Below the pieces are notes generated by a model. The model had not been told where the DNA came from, made no database searches, and was given only the letters and a program-made list of their open reading frames with translations. From a virus, in the IMG/VR virus record IMGVR_UViG_3300050147_000032: a DNA stretch of 64,000 bases; one strand, given 5' to 3'. Positions within the stretch are counted from its first letter, which is position 1; every line of letters begins with the position of its first letter. Shown piece after piece: positions 19,576-26,597 of this stretch. The position numbers and the translations under genes are program-made.

Positions 19576-19652
19576 TGCGGGATAGAGCAGTCTGGTAGCT
19601 CGTCAGCCTCATAAGCTGAAGGTCGTGGGTTCGAATCCCACTCCCGCTACCA
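19576..19652 (+). tRNA. tRNA-Met(CAU), initiator-like
   Basis: 1:72 mismatch, body close to bacterial fMet tRNA, loop CTCATAA, CCA; anticodon stem lacks the three consecutive G-C pairs. Confidence 0.92.
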
Positions 19653-19654
19653 TC

Positions 19655-19730
19655 GGGGGTGTAGCTCAGTTGGTAGAGCAGGTGCTTTGCAAGCATCAGG
19701 TCGCAGGTTCAATTCCTGTCACCTCCACCA
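19655..19730 (+). tRNA. tRNA-Ala(UGC)
   Basis: G3:U70, loop TTTGCAA, CCA. Confidence 0.96.
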
Positions 19731-20010
19731 TTTTATTGTTATGAAGATAAATCCTTAGGATATATCATGAACATCGAATTTGTTTCAATTACGTCAAATA
19801 TGAATTCTAATCAATTGATAAATGATAGGATTCATTCTTTGTATTTGCATTGTCAAGAACACATGCAACGTCAGATTGATGGAGGCATTGCCGGTAAGCC
19901 AATCTCAGAATTGTACTCCGCTAGGCTCGAATTATGTCAGTATTCTAACTGGGTGATTGATGCAGAGGAAGACGACATGGATGAAGATGATCTTGACATC
20001 GATTTTTAGA

Positions 20011-20120
20011 GGGTGTGCTCTGGTGAGGTGTATGCATGGTGAGTAGCCATAGGAGCATTAACTGACATGTAGCCATACTGTTAGGGGGCAATTTGGGTTC
20101 GATTCCCAACATATCCACCA
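20011..20120 (+). ncRNA. 110-nt tRNA-like RNA with Ala identity elements (mini-tmRNA-like)
   Basis: GGGTGTG/CATATCC acceptor with G3:U70, A73, CCA; T-arm TTGGG-TTCGATT-CCCAA; no D stem or canonical anticodon arm. Confidence 0.7.
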
Positions 20121-20137
20121 TTTTAAACGAGGAAATA

Positions 20138-20467
20138 ATGAGCGAAAGAAAAACAGTTACTTCCAATGTTCATTTGTTTGGGACATATGAAAAATTCACA
20201 TTTGATGATCTTTTTGAACGTCTACAAACAGAAATCATAGATCGTCCTGAAATTGATCCTCAAACAATCAAATTTGGGATTGAAGAAGAACGATACGATT
20301 ATACTGATGGATCATATTTCTATTTCGCAATGTATTACGATCGTCCAGAGACAGATCAGGAATATCAAACCAGAATTGATCGAGAAAACAATAGGAAAGT
20401 TGATCAAGAAGAACGAGATCGTCGAGAATTTGAACGACTCCAAAAGAAATTTGGAGAAAAGGCTTGA
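20138..20467 (+). CDS. Hypothetical protein
   Basis: ATG at 20138 after a GAGGA RBS. Confidence 0.7.
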   Translation: MSERKTVTSNVHLFGTYEKFTFDDLFERLQTEIIDRPEIDPQTIKFGIEEERYDYTDGSYFYFAMYYDRPETDQEYQTRIDRENNRKVDQEERDRREFERLQKKFGEKA

Positions 20468-20500
20468 TCTTTCTTTGAAGTTGTTGTATAATTGATTTAT

Positions 20501-20577
20501 CGGTAGTTAGCTCAGTTGGTTAGAGCGGAGAACTCTAAATTCTTTGGTCATCGGTTCGAATCCGATACTACCGGCCA
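20501..20577 (+). tRNA. Amber suppressor tRNA (anticodon CUA)
   Basis: CGGTAGT/ACTACCG, canonical D and T arms, GAGAA-CTCTAAA-TTCTT, G73, CCA. Confidence 0.9.
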
Positions 20578-20584
20578 TGATTGA

Positions 20585-20724
20585 AAATTTTAGCGCAGAT
20601 GTTGGCAATTGGTTAGCCAGCTCTTGGGAGGTGGATGCAAGGTCCATCGAAGTGTCTTCTCGAAAGAGTGCCAAGTGCATAAGACATGATGTCAGTTCGA
20701 TTCTGGCCTTCTACGCTAAAATTT
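20585..20724 (+). ncRNA. Expanded tRNA-like RNA with a multibranched centre
   Basis: AAATTTTAGCG/CGCTAAAATTT outer stem, D-arm TGGC-AATTGGTTA-GCCA, T-arm GTCAG-TTCGATT-CTGGC, several internal hairpins. Confidence 0.7.
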
Positions 20725-21115
20725 CTTATTACGGAGATTGTAATGAAAACAAATCTTGAACTTGATACAAAGAAATTTCTGCTGAGCAGTTTGGGTCGAA
20801 TGATTCAGAGTTATGATTATGCTTATCCTAACAGTAGGCTAGATAAGGATCGAGCACATGTTGCATTATGTGCAATCAAAGCTCAGATTGATGTACTGCA
20901 GAATTTCTTGAATGCAATGAACGAGCAGAAGAATACGTCCTCCTCGGATTGAATCCTTAAGATTTAATGTGGATGCTTTACCAATCGAGTAAGGTAAAGA
21001 CGCAAAGAGTACGCGCTATAAAGAGGCTGTGGTAAGCCGCTAGTAACTCCAATGAAAGAAGTTCAAAAGAAGACTTTCTATGAAATTGCCCGATTTGTTA
21101 CCGTAAGTAACTTAT

Positions 21116-21190
21116 GCTTCCATCGTCTAAAGGTAGGACAGCGGATTTTCGATCCGCTAATTGCGAGTTCAATTCTCCATGGAAGTACCA
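21116..21190 (+). tRNA. tRNA-Glu(UUC)
   Basis: GCGGA-TTTTCGA-TCCGC, CCA; weak T stem. Confidence 0.88.
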
Positions 21191-21216
21191 TTTAACCATC
21201 AACAAAAGGAAAGAAA

Positions 21217-21558
21217 ATGCGATCGTAGATCAACAAAGAAAAGACTTGGGTGTATGTGTTTATTCGGAAGGATCTTCCAATAGAACAAATCATTGTGCAG
21301 ACAGCACATGCAGCCTTGGAGTCTGGAATCCATCTAAAACACGATAAAGAAAACGAACCATCTTCTCTGATTGTTCTTCAAGTGAAGAATCAAAAGGAAC
21401 TAGAAAAAGCTTATGAGAAGCTTAAAGATTCTGGAATCGAACTGATAAAGTTCTTTGAACCAGACTGGGATTATGGATTTACATCGTTTGCTTCTGAACC
21501 TGTAACACAAGAACACAGGAATAAATTCAAGAAGTATCGTCTTTTTAATGGAGGTTGA
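21217..21558 (+). CDS. Peptidyl-tRNA hydrolase (Pth2-like) with in-frame TAG at codon 4
   Basis: VFIRKDL...VQTAHAA...LIVLQVKNQKEL fits the PTH2 fold. AAGGA RBS precedes ATG CGA TCG TAG, in frame with the rest of the ORF. Confidence 0.75.
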
Positions 21559-21560
21559 TC

Positions 21561-22115
21561 ATGTATGCATAGACTTTTGATGATCTGATTGCAAAGATGC
21601 AATCGTGTTACCAATTTGAAAATATCAACATGTTGGATCATGGGAAGATGGTTGCTTCATCGTATGATGAATTGATCGATCAACTTGAATCTGGAACTCA
21701 TGAAATCCAATTGTTGAATGATTTATATGAACTACTGAAGAATAATCTTGTTGATTCTTTAGCAATCAGAAGATATCAAGTCTATCATGACTGTGGAAAA
21801 CCTTTCTGTGAACCTACAGAAGAACGGAAGTATCCAGATCATGCTAGACATTCTTCTGAACAATGGTTGACTCTTTTCCCTGAAGATGTTGACATTGCAG
21901 AGTTGATGAGGCTTGATATGGTCTTTCATGAAGGAGCTGATGAATCTTTTTATCATCATAGACTTGCTCCTACATTGTATTTGACTGCATGGGCGGAGAT
22001 CTATGCGAATTGTCAGATGTTTGGTGGAACGAATTCGACATCTTTCAAGATCAAGAAAAAGAAGTTGATTCAACAAGGTAAGAAATTCATTAAGCACTTG
22101 ACTAAACAAGAGTAA
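21561..22115 (+). CDS. HD-domain phosphohydrolase-like protein with in-frame TAG at codon 4
   Basis: LDHG...YHDCGKP...PDHA...DMVFH. GGAGG RBS precedes ATG TAT GCA TAG, in frame with the 21597 ORF. Confidence 0.7.
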
Positions 22116-22149
22116 CATGTTAAAATTGACACATACCGAAACATAATAG

Positions 22150-22392
22150 GTGAACATTATGAGCAAACAATTTACTGAAGATGACATCAAAGTTTGGAAA
22201 TCTATGATCGGCGAAAAGGTTTGGAAGAATCCAAAAACAACATCTAAATTTCAACCAAAGCCTTTCAAGTCTGGTTTGAAAGTGAATACGGTCAAAGATG
22301 TTGTTCAACATGATCATACTGTAAATCTTGCATTCGTGTTTCATGAAGATGAATCTCAGGTTGAATGTTGGCGTTGTAGCATTGCGCCATAA
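22150..22392 (+). CDS. Hypothetical protein
   Basis: 80-aa ORF. Confidence 0.6.
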   Translation: MNIMSKQFTEDDIKVWKSMIGEKVWKNPKTTSKFQPKPFKSGLKVNTVKDVVQHDHTVNLAFVFHEDESQVECWRCSIAP

Positions 22393-22398
22393 AGAATT

Positions 22399-22544
22399 TA
22401 GGATATTTGCAGCAAACAAAAAAGCTAATAGGACTTTCTGTCTCAATTGACGTGGTGGTTCGATTCCATCACTCCGGACCAATAAATCATATTTCGGAGT
22501 TGGCGAAACTGGTAGACGCGGAAAGAAGCAAAAAAGATATCCTG
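22399..22544 (+). tRNA. Circularly permuted tRNA-Leu(UAG) enclosed in AGGAT/CAGCAA element copy 2
   Basis: The 3' half (TAG GA CTTTC, variable arm, T-arm, ACTCCGG-A-CCA; 22429-22481) precedes the 5' half (TCGGAGT, Leu-type D-arm GCG-AAACTGGTAGA-CGC, GAAAG-AA; 22494-22527). Acceptor and anticodon stems are complementary across the halves. Confidence 0.82.
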
Positions 22545-22556
22545 TAAATATAAGAT

Positions 22557-22632
22557 GCCGATTTAGCTCAGTTGGTAGAGCAACTGCCTTGTAAGCAGTA
22601 GGTCGTCAGTTCGAGTCTGACAGTCGGCACCA
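22557..22632 (+). tRNA. tRNA-Thr(UGU)
   Basis: GCCGATT/AGTCGGC, ACTGC-CTTGTAA-GCAGT, CCA. Confidence 0.96.
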
Positions 22633-22641
22633 TGATTCAAT

Positions 22642-22719
22642 GGCTTTGATAGTTTGGAAAGATTTCCATCATGCAGGCTGATGGAAATTATTGTGGTTCG
22701 ATTCCACACGAAGTCACCA
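22642..22719 (+). ncRNA. D-stem-less tRNA-like RNA with a 10-bp central stem
   Basis: GGCTTTG/CGAAGTC-A-CCA, ATTTCCATCA-TGCAGGC-TGATGGAAAT, TGTGG-TTCGATT-CCACA. Confidence 0.7.
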
Positions 22720-22736
22720 ATAAAATAAAAGGCACT

Positions 22737-23870
22737 ATGAATTTTTTCAATAAGCTTTTCTCTTGTTTTCATAAGCAAGAACCTATAGAGTTCGATACAT
22801 CTGCTAGAATTCTGTTCATTCTGAAGTATCGTGAACCAGATGCTCTTTGGATTCCAGAAGATGAGAGTTATTCTTACTCAACAGGCCAATTGTCTTCTGG
22901 ACTTGCTAATTCTGCAGGATTTGCTAATGATTTCTTGAATCAGAATGGAATCAGTTCGAATCTTGTTCATGCAGTTGATAACAATTGCATCGATCGTCTG
23001 GTTAAAGAAAATAATCCAACTCATGTTATCATTGAAGCATATTGGGTTGTTCCAGAAAAATTTGAAGTTCTGACAAAGTTACATCCTAGTATCAAATGGA
23101 TCATTCGAAGTCATTCACATACACCATTCTTGGCAACTGAAGGTATTGCTTTTGATTGGTCGATGAAGTATATTTCATATCCTGGTGTATTCTTGGCGTG
23201 CAATCATCAAGAAGCATTCAAGGATATGAAGCATTTGGCTAGGGCAACATATCCTAGATGGAAGCAAAAAGATATCGATGCTAAAATTCTATATCTTCCA
23301 AATGTGTATCGACTTGATATCAGGACAAATCAAACAGAAGAGCCAACTACAGTTCTTAAGGTTTCGAGCTTTGGTGCTATTCGTCCATTGAAGAATCAAG
23401 TATCACAAGCAATTGCTGCCATTGCATATGCAGAAAAGCATGGATATTTCCTGGAATTCCACATCAACGGAACTCGCAAAGAAGGCAATGGAGAAGCTGT
23501 ATTGAAGAACATTCGTTCAATTTTCGCACATGCAAAGAATGCAAAGTTGATCGAACACGCTTGGTTGGATCATGAAGAATTCTTGAAACTTGTTGATACG
23601 ATGCACATTGGATTGCAAGTAACTTACACAGAGACGTTCAACATCGTTGCTGCAGATCTTGTTTCTGGTGGAGTTCCTGTTGTTGTATCGGATGCAATTG
23701 AGTGGGTTTCTGATGAACTGAAAGCCGATCCGAATAATGTTCGTGATATCATCAGAAAGATTGAACTTGCATTAAATGCTAGACATAAGCAAGATTTGTG
23801 TTACAATAACGTTGTTAGGTTGATAAAGACCGTCGAAAGCAACGGAAAATACTGGAAACGTTGGCCTTGA
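22737..23870 (+). CDS. Glycosyltransferase (GT-B-like)
   Basis: SSFGAIRPLKNQ, YTETFNIVAADLVSGGVPVVVS. Start moved to the ATG at 22737 because the track start lies inside an RNA gene. Confidence 0.75.
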   Translation: MNFFNKLFSCFHKQEPIEFDTSARILFILKYREPDALWIPEDESYSYSTGQLSSGLANSAGFANDFLNQNGISSNLVHAVDNNCIDRLVKENNPTHVIIEAYWVVPEKFEVLTKLHPSIKWIIRSHSHTPFLATEGIAFDWSMKYISYPGVFLACNHQEAFKDMKHLARATYPRWKQKDIDAKILYLPNVYRLDIRTNQTEEPTTVLKVSSFGAIRPLKNQVSQAIAAIAYAEKHGYFLEFHINGTRKEGNGEAVLKNIRSIFAHAKNAKLIEHAWLDHEEFLKLVDTMHIGLQVTYTETFNIVAADLVSGGVPVVVSDAIEWVSDELKADPNNVRDIIRKIELALNARHKQDLCYNNVVRLIKTVESNGKYWKRWP

Positions 23871-23888
23871 TAATTTGATTGGATCGAT

Positions 23889-24266
23889 ATGACAGTCTTG
23901 AGAAGTTCTAAATTTTTCGTTTCATATCGGAACAAATTGGATAGGTGGTTCAAGGAAAATAAAAATTCTTTGGATCTCAAGCATTGTAATGACCTCTACA
24001 TATCAGAACATGCATGCGAACGCATGTTAGAACGAGGTCTTGAAAAAGATAAGAATTTTGTTCTGGGAATCTCGAAATATTTTATGGAACATGTGTTCTA
24101 TGAAACGACATATAACACCAGAACTTATCAAATTTCTTTACGTGGTTTAAAGTGTATCTTTATGATTTGTCCAGGTGATGTTGGTGGCTCTAGGTTTGCT
24201 ATCTTGAAGACTGTTTTTGAATCTTCAGAAGATTATGATGTTGATGAAATGATCAACCTAAAGTAA
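23889..24266 (+). CDS. Hypothetical protein, possibly DUF4258-like
   Basis: ISEHACERMLERG motif. Confidence 0.4.
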   Translation: MTVLRSSKFFVSYRNKLDRWFKENKNSLDLKHCNDLYISEHACERMLERGLEKDKNFVLGISKYFMEHVFYETTYNTRTYQISLRGLKCIFMICPGDVGGSRFAILKTVFESSEDYDVDEMINLK

Positions 24267-24612
24267 ATAGAGCTTGACCAAGCAGCAGAACATAGTTATA
24301 ATTGATACATACCGAAACAACAAAGGTTAAACATTATGAACAAGACTACTGAAATTCGAAAGCTCGTTGAATCTGTTGGTTATCGTTGTGGTACAGTGTA
24401 TAACGATAAGCGGACAAATGGTCGTCGGATTAAGATCGTTGGTTCTTTTGATTCCAGTCTTTATCTTAAAGATGCCGAACGGATTGTCTATGAACGCTTC
24501 AAGAAAGAAGCGAAGAAATTGAATTTTGACATCACTGATTTTGGTTGGAAAGCAACAAAAAGTGATAATGGTTTTTACTACGATTACTTCTATGTAACGT
24601 ATTGATAAAGTT

Positions 24613-24670
24613 TAGGATGATTTCAGCAAACAATAAAACTTTTATTTGAAAAAGCAAAACAATCATCCTG
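24613..24670 (+). ncRNA. AGGAT/CAGCAA element copy 3
   Basis: AGGATGA/TCATCCT stem and TTTCAGCAA; AT-rich central hairpin with an ambiguous loop (AT-TTG-AA or CT-TTT-AT). Confidence 0.7.
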
Positions 24671-24974
24671 TTAATTTTTACAACAAACATCTGAAAAGAG
24701 AATATTATGATTACTGTTATTGACAAAACAATCCAAGAAGGTCTGAAATTCGAAGATCTGGTGCATAAACGTGCTTACAAGATCATCAGTGGAAAAAATA
24801 AGCTGGATCAAATCCACATCGGTTCTGTTGGAATTTTTCTTGAGCATAAGTTGCATACATTTGGTCATATTGTGTTTTTGAGCTGGACACAATCAGATGG
24901 TTCTGAATATGATATGCGATTTGTTGAAGTTGACATTGACATCATTGTGAAGAATAAGTAAAATTGATTTTAAT

Positions 24975-25060
24975 GCGGGGTTAGCTCAGTTGGTAGAGCA
25001 CTTGCCTTCCAAGCAAGAGGCGAATAGTTTACATCGGTTCGAGCCCGATACTCCGCTCCA
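24975..25060 (+). tRNA. tRNA-Gly(UCC) with a long variable region
   Basis: CTTGC-CTTCCAA-GCAAG, U73, CCA; 15-nt variable region. Confidence 0.9.
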
Positions 25061-25070
25061 ATTACAATTG

Positions 25071-25156
25071 GCATAGGTAGCCAAGTGGTCGAAGGCGATG
25101 GATTGCAAATCCAATGAAGAAATTCCACGTCAGTTCGAATCTGACCCTATGCTCCA
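25071..25156 (+). tRNA. tRNA-Cys(GCA) with a long variable region
   Basis: TGGA-TTGCAAA-TCCA, U73, CCA; 14-nt variable region. Confidence 0.9.
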
Positions 25157-25276
25157 TTGAAAGGTTTGATATGCAAGATTTTATCCACATTTTGAATACG
25201 TTGAATTATCCAGGAGCAATTGCAATCGTTGGTATTGCTGCAGCTGTTGCATATATTTCACGTTCTTAAAAAATGA

Positions 25277-25474
25277 TTTTAGTAGGAAGTTGGCTTAAAG
25301 GCAGCCATCTTTTAAAGAGTGAAGCGAAGTACCTAAGTGCTACAGAGATCAAACAGAAATACTAAGCGCATAGTTTTGTTTGATAGGGAGCGAGGACGCG
25401 ATACGGATAGTGACGAAGCACCCCGTAACTGGTAAGGCAGGCTCCTTCTTTGGCGTAGCAGCACACTACTAAAA
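25277..25474 (+). ncRNA. 23S rRNA L11-binding domain (GTPase-associated centre) mimic with an internal insertion
   Basis: AGTAG-GAAGTTGGCTTAAAGGCAGCCATCTTTTAAAGA...GCGTAGCAGCACA-CTACT aligns with E. coli 23S about 1051-1108 as recalled; closed by TTTTAGTAG/CTACTAAAA. Confidence 0.8.
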
Positions 25475-25478
25475 AGCG

Positions 25479-25664
25479 TATGTTTAGAGTTGATAGGGAC
25501 GGCAATCCCGTTGACAGTTGATACACGCAAAATCAGAATTCGTTGCCGCTGAATATTTGATATTTGCTACTTTGTCATCCAGTGGTTAGGATGGTCCCGC
25601 TGACAGGGAAGAACCTTGGTTCGAATCCAAGCAAAGTCATTAGGTGTTATCAACTCTAAACATA
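25479..25664 (+). ncRNA. Long-stem-closed bipartite RNA containing a degenerate tRNA (25568-25639)
   Basis: 17-bp perfect inverted repeat TATGTTTAGAGTTGATA/TATCAACTCTAAACATA; inner tRNA-like domain with loop GCTGACA. Confidence 0.7.
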
Positions 25665-25724
25665 TGATGCAACTCGGCGAGCAGCCCCTGAAAAGGGCAT
25701 CTGGTTCGATTCCAGAATTATATG
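25662..25724 (+). tRNA. Miniaturised 63-nt tRNA-Phe(GAA)-like gene
   Basis: ATATGAT/ATTATAT, GCCC-CTGAAAA-GGGC, TCTGG-TTCGATT-CCAGA; reduced D-arm, almost no variable loop, no CCA. Confidence 0.6.
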
Positions 25725-25749
25725 TTTCAAATTATGACTTCGTGTCATA

Positions 25750-25804
25750 TAGGATGATTTCAGCAACCTACTCTACAACCGTTAATTGTAAAAAGGTCAT
25801 CCTG
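25750..25804 (+). ncRNA. AGGAT/CAGCAA element copy 4, displaying an Asn(GUU)-like anticodon loop
   Basis: AGGATGA/TCATCCT stem; TACAA-CCGTTAA-TTGTA hairpin. Confidence 0.75.
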
Positions 25805-25889
25805 TTAAGCTAAAAATGCTTTACTTTTCTTTGAACTTTGTTATAATCAGATTTGGAATTTTCCAAATTAACCTTTGAAAGAGAATATT

Positions 25890-26597
25890 ATGATCGATTT
25901 TTCGGCTCTGAGCCTTGCTTCTATTGATTTCGCTGCTGTTGCCAAGATTATTGGCATCGATATCATGCTAGGTGGTGATAATGCTGTTGTCATTGCACTA
26001 GCATGTTCTGCTTTGCCTGTTGCTATGCGAAACAAAGGCATGTTCTTTGGCACTGCTGGTGCTGTAGTTATGCGAGGACTATTTCTTGCTATTGCAGGTC
26101 TTGTTCTTGGTATTCCTTTTGTCAAAGTCATCGCCGGTGCTTGGTTGTTCTGGATTGGCTATAGTCTACTGATTGCAAATGATGGAGATGAACACAACAT
26201 CACTCCAGCAGACAGTTTGCTTGGTGCAATCAAAACGATTATCATTGCAGATATCATGATGAGCGTTGATAATGTGATGGCAGTTGCATCTGCTGCAGAA
26301 TCTACTGGTGCTCATAGCACATTGTATGCAGTTGCTGGTATTTTGTTCAGTGTTCCTATCATTGTTCTTGGTGCTCAAGTTATCATGAAATTGATGGATC
26401 GATTCCCTGTCATTGTCTGGGGCGGAGCTGGTCTGCTGGGCTGGGTTGGTGCTGAGATGATTATTTCTGATCCCAATATGCACAACATCGTAAGTGATGA
26501 TCAACATCTGATTTTCAAGATTCTTGGTTTTGTTGTTGTGATTATTGCAGCTCTTGCTCAGAAAAAGTTCACCACAAAGCACGAAACTGCTGTATAA
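25890..26597 (+). CDS. terC: TerC/YjbE-family membrane protein
   Basis: IDIMLGGDNAVVIALAC, IIIADIMMSVDNVMAVA. Confidence 0.92.
   Translation: MIDFSALSLASIDFAAVAKIIGIDIMLGGDNAVVIALACSALPVAMRNKGMFFGTAGAVVMRGLFLAIAGLVLGIPFVKVIAGAWLFWIGYSLLIANDGDEHNITPADSLLGAIKTIIIADIMMSVDNVMAVASAAESTGAHSTLYAVAGILFSVPIIVLGAQVIMKLMDRFPVIVWGGAGLLGWVGAEMIISDPNMHNIVSDDQHLIFKILGFVVVIIAALAQKKFTTKHETAV

Noticed and set aside
20011-20120. Full-length or two-piece tmRNA
   Set aside because: No tag reading frame, pseudoknot region or separate coding piece was identified nearby.
20605-20635. Reading the 20585 RNA as tRNA-Pro(UGG) through CT-TGG-GA
   Set aside because: The required anticodon stem would overlap the D stem, so a canonical cloverleaf cannot be formed.
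22671-22736. N-terminal extension of the glycosyltransferase in the ORF track
   Set aside because: It overlaps the tRNA-like RNA at 22642-22719; the ATG at 22737 is more plausible. Similar over-extensions affect ORFs 2612-3811, 20093, 20544, 20686 and 21114.
25385-25445. Further 23S-like snippets in the insert (GAGGAC; CCGTAACT..AAGG)
   Set aside because: Matches are too short to distinguish from chance without an alignment.
25277-25474. A true rRNA gene or host contamination
   Set aside because: Only the roughly 58-nt L11-binding domain is matched, it is split by an insert, and the flanks are phage-type tRNA island sequence.
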